DNA from: Marsupella aquatica
Taxonomy: Eukaryota; Plantae; Marchantiophyta
Direction: 5' to 3'
NCBI GenBank assembly: GCA_973895155.1
Contig: OZ316891.1
Coordinates: 16,643,651 to 16,707,650, forward strand
DNA length: 64,000 bases
Part shown: piece after piece, positions 1 to 13,289 of the stretch
Numbering within the stretch: the stretch's first letter is position 1
Layout: the number at the start of each line of letters is the position of its first letter
The notes under the pieces: model-generated
What the model saw: only the letters and a program-made list of their open reading frames with translations
The model's database searches: none
What the model was told of the DNA's origin: nothing
Made by a program: the position numbers and the translations under genes

Positions 1-736
1 CTGTCCTTGCCCAAGAAGGTTGGTTGTTGGTGCCACTGGAGTAGGTGCCATGGGAGCGGACGTTGAGCCGTAGACAAGGCCGAGCCAGAGCTAGGTTAGT
101 TGAGGGATTGTGCTTTAGAGAATATGGCGTCAAAATGGTGTCATTGTAAGTCTATTGTCCTGGGGATCTTGAACACCTTGTCAAGGAGGCAAAGGATGGC
201 TTCTCCAAAGCCGATGTACTTTTCCCCATCAAAGAAGAATTTGGTGATTTGTTCGTCCCTGCAATACTTGTTTTTGAACCAAAATCGATGATCTAGTGGT
301 GACAGCCTAGCAAGCGAGTGCGTCGTTCAAAATGCTTCTCAACTTTGTACCTTTGCGGGTTGGTTGTAGCTAGCAAGGCGACAAGATGGCCTTGTATTGA
401 AAGAAACTGGTACCAAAACCGGATAGCTTAGGAGGAACTGAGAGGAACTGAGAGGGCGGGAGGGCGGAGCGAACTCGAAGGTGTGGCTATGGTTGCCTGA
501 CTTCCCTGGACTCACCAACACGCTCACACTACCATTTTGATCATTTTATAGGGCGCTGACTCCTAGCGTGGACCTTGATATCGGAGGCGTTGCAACTTGC
601 TTGGACATTGGTGGTCGGAAGTGCCACAGAGAGGAATCGAATTAGCTGGAGCACTTCACATTTGTGAATGGAGGCCTGCAATAATTGAACTCGGCCTGCA
701 AGGTGAGTAGGTTGCTAAGCGTCACGACTAGAACAG

Positions 737-3178
737 ATGGATCCTTTTAGCGGGGTGGGACCGCGGATGCGAACTGGCTATGGTCGTGGCCCCGGGCGGG
801 GATCATCACTATCGTTGGCTATGGGGTCTTTTCATTGGGATCGATCGTTGGCCCAGGGAGGAGATGGACGGGATCCCTCCGCTCTAGGTGCCAGACAAAT
901 TGAAGAGGAAGAAGGAGGGCAACGGGCTGGGGAGCGTTCTGGTAGCACTAGGTTCTCCCTGCAAGACGTGAGGGGCGGGCCTAAGTCTGCCCCTTTTGAT
1001 CTGTTTGGCACTGCTGACGGTAGCAAAACAACTACAGATAAAGGCAACAGGCCTAGCAACAGAAAGTTTATCCCACGCTCTGGACCTTCATGGGCAGATC
1101 AGATGGACCTAGATATACAAGAGGCTGAGGAAGTGGTGGAACTTGAGCTACAGGCTCATTCCTTGAGACCTAAGTCGCCTGCAAGGGGGCGTGGGGCACT
1201 TGGGAACTTAGCGCCTGGTGATGCTCCGGTACGTAATGCTGCTGGCCCCAAGAGAGGGACGAGGCCCTCCACGATAGATGCACAGGGTTCTCAGAGGGAG
1301 GCTGTAGGCCTTGATCACCAGACGGAGCACAGACCACGACAAAGCAATCGGCAGCCACAACACGTTAATGCAGCCAGAACTCAACATACAAATGAGGATG
1401 ACTTTGCTGGGTTATCTGATGAACTACCAAATACCTGTTTGGAAATGCTACGTAAAATTGCCATCAGCTCCACTGGCGATTGGCCTAACACGCTTCACAC
1501 CAAGATTCAGTGGTCTATAGAGGAGGCTACTCTCTCTATTACAAAACTATACAACTGCACAATGATGTGCTATTTCACTGATCGCCCACCACTACTACCG
1601 GTCTTCAGGGACTGGGCTGAATCGGTTTTTAATCGTGACTTAGGCTGGCCGATAACTCAGATCAAATTTGCTGGTATGAATTTTTATGTGATCACGTTTG
1701 AATTCTAAGAGCATCGAGATGCTGCTTTGGAACTGGCCCCCTTCTTCATGGACCGGAAATTTGTATTTACTTTTCCTTGGGACCCATCGTTTGATGCAAG
1801 TAGTGATTCATACACGAAATTGCCAGTCTGGATCGAGCTACCATTTCGAGCACTAGTACTGGAGGGATGCAGGAAACGAATAGCCGAGTCATTTGGGAAG
1901 GTTCTATACTACATACAGGGTGACAAGCGCAACTCTTTCCCCCATGACAGGGCTTGTATATTGTGGGACACCAGCCGAGAAGTACCACACTGCGTTGGAG
2001 TGGATATTACTGCTGGCATCACGATTTGGCAGCCTGTAGTATTCAAAAATATACCATATCATTGTTTCAAATGCAACCAAAAAGGCCACTTAGCGCGGGA
2101 CTGCAAAGCACTCGAACAGGAGGAGAACCCCACCAAAACCAATGAAACAATCCGGGATCCTACTACAAGCGAGAGGGCAGGAGAAATATTTCAAGAAGCA
2201 AAGACGACGGAGGATATCCTGGCTGGTGGAAGCCACGCGGCCTTCACAAGTCTGAACACGTCTCGTCTGGACACTAGCAATGGTGCAGGAGGAGCTGTCG
2301 ATCACATGTTGCGTGAACAACGACCCAGTGTGCCACATTCAGCCAGCAGGGAGAATTACCAGATTACAACCGCGTCAAGAGAAAGGAGCGTGCTTAGGGA
2401 AGCGGGAGGGACCCGGGGGCCTTTGGACATGGAGCAGAGAGCAAAAGCAGGAAGGAACGCGGGGTCATTGGACAGATCAGACCGGAGAATAAGGAGCGGC
2501 GAAGGGAACACATAGGAGAACTGGGTTCCGTCTCCTTCTGCCAAAAATAGGGTGTCACATGAGGCCACAAGCGCTTATGATCAGGATCAGATTCAAGAGA
2601 ATCTAGGTGGCAATCAGAACACTAATGAGGACTTGAATCCGTTGGCGTGGCCAGCCTTGGTGGTCAGTCTGGAAGCTCCGAGGACTAGGCAATCTGCTAG
2701 GGACTACGGGTCAACTGGTGCTTTGCCAATTGACTCTCTACGGCTGGGTCCAATGAGGGTCAAAGAGCTAACAGCGATCGAGGAGTATGAAGCTGTGCAA
2801 GATGGAAGCGGGGACAAAGAAAATCAATCTTATCAGGGGGGCTCTGATATTGAGATGTCTGAATACGAAGAATACATCACCAAAAGTCAGCTGAAAAAGG
2901 AAAGAGCGAGGAAACTCGAGCTGAGAACTCCTCCATCTGTTAAGAGGAATGACGATACAAGGAAGGACACTAAGAAGGTGAGATCCTTACAATATTCGGG
3001 GGCAGAAATTGCTCGCTCTCCCTATAGAGATCGTTTAAATAGTGAAGATCAAGAACGACGCGAAGGAAGGCAGGTGGAGGAGCAGGAGGATGGAAGTGGA
3101 AGGACAAGGGATGCTGGACGGGGTCTCCCCGAGAATAAACTTTCTCCGGGCTGCTCGAGATTGGCTTCTCTGAACTGA
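737..3178 (+). pseudogene. L1 ORF1 (DUF4283-like region plus CCHC knuckle)
   Basis: ORFs 737-1708, 1727-2515 and 2552-3178 are in one frame, split by TAA at 1706 and TAG at 2513. The LPVWIELP motif and CX2CX4HX4C are typical of plant L1 ORF1. Confidence 0.9.
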
Positions 3179-3214
3179 ACAAAGGAGGGTACGTAGGTAG
3201 GTCCGCAAACGATA

Positions 3215-6200
3215 ATGACAAGTGCTATTCTGTCGTTTGCTTCATGGAATGTATGCGGGTTGTGTGACCCAAATAGGAAACAGATCGTAAAGAATTGGCT
3301 CATCTCACTGAAGATACCACTTACAACACTTGCCTTACAAGAAGTTAAGGCTGACCAGTTTAGATTAGACATAGCCTTAAGAGCTATTTTGCCCAATTAC
3401 CAGAATTTCTCTTCTGCTCCGGATGATGGACGTGGAGGAACGTCTTTACTGCTTCACCCATCGCTTACGGTTATCGAATCAGGGATCATTGACAAGGGGC
3501 GGGCAGTTTGGGTACGAGTGGAGCATCCTGAGGGTAATTTTGGCCTGGTAAGTATTTACGCACCTAATCTGGCCAGGGAGTGGGCGCTGCTCTGGCATGA
3601 CCTGAAGTCCTCGCTACCGCAAGACAATTGGATAATGTGCGGAGACTTCAATATGACAGAAAGAGATACTGATTCTTTGGGTCCTTCCCCTCTCATCCAC
3701 GGGAGGGAGGAGGAATTATGGAGATTCTTGAAAATGCGTTTCGACTTAGTGGACGCAATCAGCATTAGCCAGAAATTTACGGGTGCCAACTTTACGTGGA
3801 GAAGGATCATCAATGGCGGGATGGTGCAATCACGTCTTGATAGATTCTACTTCAGTGAGCAAGGATGGTGGACAGGAAGTGTAGATGAATTACTACATGA
3901 GGGGAGCTTGGCTCTCTCAGACCATGACCCATGTATCATCAGATGCCGGCTTACAGCAGCGGATATTCAAGAGACGCACCGGAAATCAACATACTTTAAA
4001 GCTAATGCTCTCTGAAACTTGAACTCCTGCACAACTACTCTGATGATGATCTCAAAGATTTTGCAACCACTGAGGAACAGGTAAGGATTGTTGAGCATGA
4101 GGATGCCACGCAAAGTAGATGTCTCTCACGTATCAAATGGCTGGGCCAGGGAGATGAGCCATCAAAATTCTACTTTGCCACGCTAAAAACCAGAGAACGA
4201 GAGAGACCATGTCTGAGCTACTGCTAGATGATGGCAGGATAATTACTCAAGAGAGTCTAAAGATGGCTGAGATCGAAAAGCAATTTGGGGCCCTATATGA
4301 GGCGCATGACGACGTGACAAGTAGTCAGTCCCGGGAGGTTCAGGCCGCGCGGAGGAGGTTGTTCTCAAACACACGGAAGGCTCTCCCTGCCACGGATCTC
4401 TCAAAGCTAGAGCAACCACCTACAATGGAGGAGGTGAAGGATACATTATGGTTGTTCCCGACTGATAAATCACCGGGGCCTGACGGATTAACAGCTGAAG
4501 TGTTCAAGAAGTGTTGGGACTTCTTAAACGAGGATCTGTTGAGTATGATTCTCGCGTTCTGGAGGACCGGTGAACTGGCGTGCAACGTGAAGCAGGGGAT
4601 TATCAAGTTAATTCCCAAGAAGGCGGATAAAAGGAGACTGAAGGACTGGAGGCCTCTCAGGATGCTCAACACGACCTACAAGATTATAGCCAAACTCCTA
4701 GCCAGCCGCTTAAAACCGCTGCTAAACCAACTGATCAGCCCCCAGCAATCCGGTTTTATTCTAGGAAGACACATTCTTGAGAACATTTCCATAGCGTGGC
4801 TTACAGCGGACTGGGTAAGAAACAAAAAGGAAAAATCCTTATTCCTCAAGCTCGACTTTGAGAAAGCCTTCGATCGGGTCAACCATATGTACATTTGGGA
4901 GTCCATGCACCTCTTGGGACTCGGGAGTCACTTCATCAGGCTCTCAGGTCACTGGTTACGGGGGCAAGCTCTAAGATTCACATTAATGGCCTCTTTTCTA
5001 AGGACATTTGAATGCTGAGAGGCGTACGTCAAGGCTGTCCACTCTCTCCTCTATTGTTTGTGCTCTCGACCCAACCATTCATGGATTTCTTAGATGGAGA
5101 ACTGGCACAAGGCACCTTGAGAGGAATTCAGATATCGGAGGTGCTGACGATATGCTACAAGTTCTTTGTTGATGACCTCAGCATGTTTATTCCTGCTTCT
5201 CCCAAGGATTTTCTTGGGGCCAGACTAGTTATCGAGTGCTATGAGCTGGCATCGGGGGCCAACTGAATTTGCATAAGTCGACCGTTATTCCCTTGGGACT
5301 CAATGAGATCCCGGAATGGTTGGTTGAGACAGGTTGCACTATTAGCCTGAAAGGGGAAATTCAGAAGTACTTGGGTGCTCCGTTGGGTCGGGGTATACAG
5401 GCCTCTACGCTCCACACCTTCTGTCTCGATCAAATCAAATCCAGGCTCTCTACGTGGGCCACCCGGTTCTTATCATTCACTGGCAAGACCATACTGGTTA
5501 AGCATGTTCTTCAAGCTGTACCCATTTACCATATGATGTTCCTACATTCTTCGAGTGCTCTGGCCAGGAAAATGGTGGCTCTATGCAGTGACTTCCTTTG
5601 GGGTTACAACGCTGCAGGGGGGAGAAAGGTGCCACTGGTGGCCTGGGGAACATTGGCCCGCCCCAAGGTGGATGGGGGGCTAGGCTTCAAGGAATTCAGA
5701 AGGTATTCGGACACACTCCTAGCACAATGGTTCTACCAAGCACTTGATCATCCGGACTCAGACTGGGCTAAACTCTACTACGAGAACTTGAAGATGGCAA
5801 AATGGGGCAAACACACCCAACCAAGCTAAGAGCAAAACTTGAGCAAAAGGCTTTGCACAAACTTTGGCATGAACCTAGCCCACGGCAGCAATACTACATG
5901 AGAGATGTGAACCCCATGAAGAAATATCGAGAACAAGAATACTTATCTAGCACTATCTCAGTACAACTTAGACAACTTATTGCTCAGTATAGACTAAGCT
6001 CACACCACCTTGAAGTAGAACAAGGGAGATGGAAGGATATTGACAGGAAAAAGAGGGTTTGTCAACTATGTGATAGCCCTAGTATAGAGAATGAATATCA
6101 TGTATTCATTGCTTGCAAGTTTTATGAGGGGGTTAGGATGGCATCTCAAATCTTGGTGAAAGATTTGTATGCATTGTTTGGTCTGCCCCCTCAGCAACTT

Positions 6201-7545
6201 GGAAGATATATCTTTGCGGTGGATAGGGAAAGGAGAATAGGTTTGGAAAATCTTTCAGGGCTCTCTAGGTCCATAGTTTCTTTGAGGACATAGTTGTCCT
6301 CTTCTGAGCAATCTCTTTTGGTTGCTCTTTTCTTTGATTGCATTGTACTTTACTTTTTGTGGCAGCTCCTTTGACTTTCATGGTCCCGGAGCTTAATACA
6401 TTACCATTACCATTACCATTAGGAGAAATGGCTATTCCTTCTCTGATTGCCTCCTATTGTGTTACCCTCGCTCCTTCAGCGGCTTGAGCTACACTGGCAG
6501 TCTCTGGAAAGCCTGGGAAGCACTCCGTACTCACTTGTTATTTTCGCCTGCTGGTGCTGCTGTGGCCGCTTGGTGGAGCATTGATGATATTGTCAGGTGT
6601 CTAGAAGGGTTCTAGGATCTTCCAGAAGACATGAAAGGTAGGCTGATCCGGACTTGCGGACGAATGGGTTTGAGAAAGGTTTCTGACCTCAGATGCTGGG
6701 GTGGCAACACTCCGGAATTTGCCCGACACAAGCTCAACAAGATCAGAGGTTTGGACCCGGAATTGGAGGCGCTGTGCATTTCCTTTGTGAGAAGAATCAG
6801 AAGGATCTCGGATGACAAAGAGGCTGGTTCTTCAGCAACATGCTGGATCTGGGCGGACAAAAAGGAGAGAATGAGCAAATTTGCCCTGCCTAATGCTAGA
6901 GCATACCAACTCCTGCGCACGAAAGGTTATGACTTTACTAGGCTCAACAGAATCTGGTCGCTTCATCTCTCTGATCTGGAATGGAGTAAACTTTGGCACT
7001 CACTATGGGCGTCTGATCTCCCCACGAAGTCTCGCACATTTCTCTGGAGAGTGATTGCACAAGGGCTCTTCACTAACATACGGGCTTTGCGGATGGGTAA
7101 GAGTGATGGTACTTGTGGTCTGTGCCGTAATGCTCTTGAGAGTATACCCCACATTTTCTTTACATGCAAGCTTGCTGCCAAAGGTTGGGATTTGGTTGCC
7201 AGGACTTTTCCAGATTTGATCACTTGGCCAGCAGTTGATCTGAGAGTTCTAATGGAGGCATTTCAGGGCCACAGCCTAGCTCGTTCACTGATCGTTTTCA
7301 TGGCGTATCAAGTACTCTGGCACATTTGGCTTGCTCGGAATGACAGTGTATTCAATAATGGCAGAAGCAGATGTTTTGACCTGTTGAAGATATTTACGGA
7401 GGTCATTGATTAACTCCATGGACTGTGTGAGGATTTAGGCCCCTGCAATAGGCGCACACGGTTGCTGTGGATCAAGGAGGAAATTATTAAGGAACGCTTG
7501 AACTGGGCCCCCCGGGCGGAGGCTCCGTTCTCCTCTTCCTCCTGA
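3215..7545 (+). pseudogene. L1 ORF2 (endonuclease-RT-zf), interrupted
   Basis: Pieces 3215-4015, 4209-5018, 5012-5266, 5269-5820 and 6418-7545 carry stops and frameshifts. The EN-RT linker near 4015-4200 looks short, suggesting an internal deletion. Confidence 0.92.
5821..6421 (+). mobile_element. 5'-truncated RTEX/RTE-like LINE nested in L1 ORF2
   Basis: Encodes a C-terminal LINE zinc-finger region (YRLSSHHLEVEQGRW..RVCQLC..ENEYHVFIAC), then a 3' UTR and a (CATTAC)3.8 tail at 6399-6421. L1 ORF2 stops at KWGKHTQ (5820) and resumes in the same frame at IRRNGYS (6418). Confidence 0.8.
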
Positions 7546-7814
7546 CTTCCTACTTCAGTCCTAGCCCACTAGACTTAGACTTTTTGTGCCTCACTAGTGG
7601 GATGCATTAGATAGAACCGGTATCTAGGGCTTAGCATGGTTGCTGATACCTTATGGCCTTCTCGTGATAGGCCGAGCTTATCACGCCTTAAGCTTACCAA
7701 GCACTCCTCAAGTCCGAGTCAAAGCTAAAAGTTAAGCATGCCAAATATTTGATACTGGCAATCGGTTTTACGGGCCCAAGGTTGACAACCATAACTCACT
7801 TGGACTAATCTGGT

Positions 7815-7998
7815 GGTATGTTAGGTGTCGTGCCACCAGCCTATGCGTGAACTTCCATCATTATTGGCCTAATCATTATGACTAACTAATTTAGTGTTGA
7901 ACATTATGCTAATAACTACAGACTCCTAGTCTACTTTGTACGTACTAAATATGGATTAAGCCGTATTACTGATTACCAGGCGTGCTGGCGGCATCACA
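7815..7998 (-). repeat. LTR-like repeat start (copy 1)
   Basis: Its reverse complement begins TGTGATGCCGCCAGCA and aligns over about 180 bp with 19905-20090 (shared TGGTAATCAGTAAT, CACTAAATTAGTTAG, ATGATTAGGCCAATAATGATG). It truncates the neighbouring copia protease. Confidence 0.75.
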
Positions 7999-8950
7999 CC
8001 ATGCCAATGATCGCACATTGGACATCATCTCTGATTTCCATAGTACCGGTACAAGGTTGGTAAGTGGAGAAATATGATCGCGTTGGACACACGTGATAAG
8101 AGGAACCCAAATCCAACATTCATTTATTGTCATACACAGAATTCATAGCACCAATACATAGCACTTCAACAACATCCTCATTATCAACAATCACAATACC
8201 AATTGACGATGAGGATGCACCATTGAAAGCAAGATGCTTCTGTTGTGACAGAGAATCACAATTTCACTTGGTGTGGCCCTTCTCATGGCAATGCCACCAC
8301 TGAACTTTCTTACTACAAGACTTAGATTTAGATCTACTATGTGATTTAGATATAGACTGATCCGTAATACTCTCCATTGATATGCCTCTAACCACTAAGG
8401 CAATAGACTCATTATCACGGCCAGAAAGTTGTCGCTTGCTCCATTCTACAAGAACGGTAGTCTTTAGTGCCTCATCCAACTTCAATGTAGACTTGTCATG
8501 TGCACAATGATTGTCCCCAACGTTGAATAGCTTTGAGAAAGCGACATCAATAAGTGCATTGCAAGATACTCATTGGTCAACCTGTCTCCCGCCATGGTCA
8601 CCTTGTGCACAATCTCATCAAAAAGACTTAGGTGATCAGGCATGTTGCCACCATCCTTCAACTTCAACCTAAACAGTAGCTCCAAGTGATAAATGCAAGT
8701 AGTCAATGAAGTACTCTAGTATAACTAAGTGAGCATATCCCAGATCTTCTTGGCGTTATGATCTATCCCCAACACATACTTGAGAATGTTGTTTGCCAAG
8801 AACAACTCAATTGTACTACATGCCTGCATCGACATGTCTTCCCACTCCTCATATGTTAGATTAAAGGGCTTCACTCCAATGATGGTCTTCTCAAGACCCT
8901 GCTGGATGAACATGTTGGTCACCTTTTGAGTCTAGAGGCTGAAGCTGACC
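7999..8950 (-). pseudogene. copia gag (UBN2-like, zinc knuckle) plus protease remnant
   Basis: Translated pieces: EEWEDMSMQACSTIELFL, LFRLKLKDGGNMPDHL..HLLMSLSQSY, CHEKGHTK and MLDLGSSYHVCP (copia protease D-x-G-x-S-x-H motif). Confidence 0.85.
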
Positions 8951-10721
8951 TTCTCGTCAAACTTCTCCGCCTCAAACTTTGGCGCCGCAAGCTTTCAAGA
9001 AGCCATGGATGCTGCCACAAACACATAGGAAACACACAACCAAAATGCCTCCACCCAAAAATTCACCAAAAAATGAAAGTTGGCAAATATGGAAATAGAA
9101 TGCACCACTATGTAGCCTGCAAGGTACACTGCCAAGATCAGAAAATGATTTGGCAAAAACTTCTTCAACAAAAACTTATTCAACCCGGAGCAGAGGGGGG
9201 TCAAAATGGTCGTTTTGACACCCGTCGGGTATCGCCCCAAAAATATTTTTCACCAGCAATGCACAAATCAATCTCATTAGCCCGTGCTCAACTCCCTTAA
9301 GTATCCCCTTGCAAAGTCTCACAAAAATGTTCTTCGGACTCTACAATCGCCAAATTTGGAAATTTTGGCTAAAATTCAGCTTTGGAAAAGTATGTTTTCT
9401 AGGGAATCTTTGTACAATCAGTCGTACAGCAAAAAGCACTGGATGCTAACATGTGGAGGAATGGATGTTCAAGATGCAATAAAACAAGGAATTAAAAGAA
9501 AACACAAATTAAAAGAAAGCCTCAAGTGAAGAGCATTCCTTCGTGCAAAAAGGCCCCTAAACAACCAATTCCTTAAGGGCTCGCGACCCCTACGCGACAC
9601 TTGTAATCTGCTTCCCCTCATTGCTTGCTTGTACCATCTCGGGTACAAGGGACCATTAAAGCCCCCCCTCATACCTCCTGCTCGTCCCTCCTTGAATGTA
9701 CCTGCATAGAGCTTTGGCCCCAATTAAAGTAGAGCTCTCGGAAGAAGGGAGCTTCAAACCCCCTCTTCCCTCCCTCTTCCACTTTGGGCCTTTGGCCCCT
9801 AACACTTAAATTCTCCCAAAGGGAAGGAGCATTAAAGCTCCCCTCTCGCCCCTCCTTTAAGCTGCTGCATAGGGCCTCATGTAGATCTCCCTGTACACTT
9901 GCTCATTGGCCCTGCATAGGGCTTCAGCCCAAGTCAATAAGTGCTCCCGAGGGGAGGGAGCCTTGTGCTTCCCCCTCCTCCTAGCTTGAGCCCTCCTTAA
10001 TTAAAAGCTTCTGAGCCCTCTTGGCTTGCGCGTAGGGCGTCATGCCCCTTGTAAAGTGCTCCCAAGAGGAGGGAGCTATGAACTCCCCCTTCCCTCCTTC
10101 TCCTTGTGCTTCCCCTTGCCCTAAATGCTTTGCATAGGGCCTTGGGCCTAGGCACACTTTGGACCTTGAGCTGGCTCTTGCCCCCCTTCTTCGTACGTAA
10201 TGAGTGTACCCAAAATACCGGCCATGTCGCCGCAAAAAGTTGCATGCAACGACCACAAAGGAAAAATTGAAGGAAAAAAAACATGCACCTTTTCAAAGGA
10301 AAATCTCAACGTTTCCCACGAGAAACCACAACCCCACCGACCCCACAAGTGATAATCTAATCACTAAAAGCCATAGCCAAAAGTTCTGAGCACTTAAGAA
10401 AACAATATTAAACTCTAAACAAGATTACTCGGCACACAAATGATGAAAAGCAGTGAGACTTTCACCAAAATGTAGTGCCCGCCTATGCGCATAAAAGATT
10501 GCTAGATTGTCCTCTTGACAATACTTAAAAGAACAAAGACACATCCAACACTCCAAGCTAAAGCTGCAACCAGAAAACCATCACCGCTTTCAAACAAAAC
10601 TCCAACGCAAAACAACCAGTGAAATGATCAGACAATCATCAACAATGATTCAATTTTTCACCATGATCCAACACAACGATCACTCTCACCATTGCCCACG
10701 CCACCAAACCATGAACACAAA

Positions 10722-10733
10722 GGTTTGATACCA
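10722..10733 (-). promoter_or_regulatory. primer-binding site (tRNA-iMet)
   Basis: Minus strand reads TGGTATCAAACC 2 nt after the LTR end ..CTTACA. Confidence 0.8.
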
Positions 10734-11389
10734 CTTGTAAGAAACCGTTGGCTCCAGACTAGACATAAATGCGGAACATGAGAGGCACTCAATTAGACGC
10801 TACACCGACAAGATACCCCGAGTGGAGAAACTCCTGAAGGATCCATAGCATATGAGAGTACATGTGAAGAATGAGGGAGAAAGTGCTCTCCCTCTAACCT
10901 ATACCCCCAAAGGGGGCCAAGATGTGTGGGCCTAAACTGATCTTATCCTAATGTAATCTAGGGTAAACTAAGCCTAGTAAGGCCACACTAACTAAGCCAA
11001 GAACCAAAGTCAATTCCTATTTTCATGCCTCCCTTGCCGTTGCTTGCCTCGTTGCCTCGCTTGCCACTGCCTGGGCGCATCTCATGCCTCCTGGCTCCCC
11101 CTCGTTGCCTTCCTGCCTGACACCTCCCCTTCGCTGGCCTTGTCACAGTTGCGACAGCACCTTGGTCTAGGCGTCCTCGCTATCTGGAGGACCATTTAAA
11201 GCGTTGAAAATATGACCTTTATAACTTTTAGGAACCCGATTTACATTTAATATTAACTCATATGATCAATTTCCCTACTATCATATCAAATTTCATTAAA
11301 AGACTCCATTTAGCGTTGATTTTTCTTTTGTGGTCAAAGTTTCAACTAACAATATTATTCTACCCATTTATTCACTCTTAGCAATCTAG

Positions 11390-13168
11390 TGTGTCGCCTA
11401 GTCGTAGAAGTCAACTGTACCTTAACACTTAGCTCTAGCGTCGCTAACTCTGGCGCCAAGCTCCTCTATGGTCCAATCGCGGAACGGCCATCCAGTGAGG
11501 ACTAAGCATGGGGAAACTAGTGGGCAACGAGGTGTTGTACTTGCCAAGGCAATGCACTAAGCTGGTGACGCACACTAAAGACTTAGACTAGCTTGGGGCT
11601 GGTCGGGTCATGGGAAGGGGTCGGGCTCAAGGTGGACCTTCCGGACCCCCGGACGGACTTTGAGTTTTGAGGGCTTGAGTGGGACCTCCTTTTGGGCCCA
11701 AGACTAACGAAGTTTACTTCATGTGCAATGGACGCTTGGCACATGAGTTACGGCGTGGCCCAAGTGCGGCCGCCTGGGACACCCAAGTGGAAATGGGTTC
11801 TGAGGGCCCAGGCATGAGCACTGGGTTGGCCCAATCACAATAGGCTAAGACACTCTATCTATGGACGCCTAGCTAGAAAGTTATGGGCATAACAAGTTAG
11901 TTACATGTCCATGCATGCGGGTTGGGGTCCAGGTGAGGGGCCAAAATTTGTGGACTAAAGTAGGTCCGGGGTGGCAAGTCTCCAGAAACATATATGAGGG
12001 AGTGGTGTCTCCCTGGGGACCAAGGGTGAGCCCAAGTCATGAGCCACGGTGGTCGCAACACCAAGGGGAGACGACAAATGGAAACAACGATAACTTGCCA
12101 AATCCTGCCAAAATAGCAGCCAAGCCGCGTTCAATTTCCCATGGGAGCTTGCGTTGGAGAGGCAAGGCCAAGTAGGCATGGAGGTTGAGTTCCAAGTGCA
12201 CTTGGCCCCTAGGCTATCGGTTGAGTGAGAACCGTGAGTTGGTTGTTGGAGTCGGGGCCATTCTGGTCCCAACATTTTAGTACAAGCTATGCTATTTGGA
12301 CCATGAACATGTCCTAGGGGCAGAGCGGTCATCCATTAATAGATAGGTACATGGGGAAGCACGGGATGCAACCAATGAGGGACTGTTTTGGACAAACAAT
12401 GGGTTTCGGCTCTGGCTCTGGCTCTAGCTTATGGCAAAGCCATGCGGGCCAACCCAAAGGACCTATTTTCTGATTTACTTACCAATGTATGTTGAGCTTG
12501 AGTTAGGATGCTAGTCTTGGAATGTCTAGATCCTTTAGTTTACTTATCGGAGCGCTTGGTTGCTTGTGCAAACAATGAGGATCGTTGAGCAATGGTCGCG
12601 TTAGGAGCAAGTGCAGTTTCGTATGGGAGTGGCCGTCGGGGGTGCAAGAGGCATCAAGTTGCTTTCTCAAGGAGTTCCACGGAGGCGGTCAGGCACCAAG
12701 GGCACTTAGGCGTGGGTGCTAGGATTGGTGAGGGCACTGGGTGGCAAGGTCCACCACTTGTGGTAAAATAGCAATTGCTTGCATAGACACTGGGCCAGAG
12801 TTGCGCTAGGTTGGAATCCAAAAATCCTAGCAGGATTTTGTGGGGACTTAGTACTTTGACGTGTTTGGAGGCCAGGTCAACTACGTGCAGACTTTGTCGT
12901 TGGAGACATGGTTAAGAACACTTGATCAAAGAGTGGCCAAAAGACTCTCCCCACCAAGGGGAGGGCTCAAGTTTAGATTAAATAGAAGGAAATCAGATCA
13001 ACTTCCCTAGACAAGTGCTACAAGGAAGGTGATGAAGACATGGTGGTCGCGCGAACGGTTGGCCACTGCGGCAAATACATCTAGTGTAGAGCGATCCTCC
13101 AAAGGACAAGTCAAGCAAGGACAGCACCAACAACTACAGGTTTGCTCATAGTCTATGTGACAACAACA
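11390..13168 (-). repeat. LTR-like repeat, about 1.8 kb (family shared with 48713-50243)
   Basis: 11390-12770 is an inverted diverged copy of 48750-50243 (e.g. CTTAACACTTAGCTC, GAGGACTAAGCATGGGGA, GATTGGTGAGGGCACTGGGTGGC). It has TG..CA ends; no TSD was found. Confidence 0.7.
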
Positions 13169-13289
13169 GGAGCTCTCCCGTTTCCTTTAGCACCCAACAT
13201 AGCATTTCAACCATTTAGCATTTGTTTCAAAAAATTGTATTCTTATTTATCATCGCAACCTACAAAATGTTTCTCCAAAGATTCTCACT

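Larger units (their letters stand above)
737..7545 (+). mobile_element. L1-clade LINE, near full length, decayed
   Basis: ORF1 with zinc knuckle CFKCNQKGHLARDC. ORF2 with APE endonuclease (ASWNVCGL, CGDFN, SRLDRFY, SDHDP), RT (SPGPDG, WRPL, KLDFEKAFDRV, GVRQGCPLSPLLF, FFVDD) and C-terminal zf-RVT (FLWR..CGLC..HIFFTC). No poly(A) or TSD was found; 5' UTR extent is unknown. Confidence 0.95.
7999..11351 (-). mobile_element. Ty1/copia 5' half (LTR, PBS, long leader, gag-protease), decayed
   Basis: LTR candidate 10736-11351 (TGTTAG..CTTACA on minus), PBS TGGTATCA at 10726-10733, gag and protease remnants at 7999-8950. The element is truncated at 7998. Confidence 0.85.
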
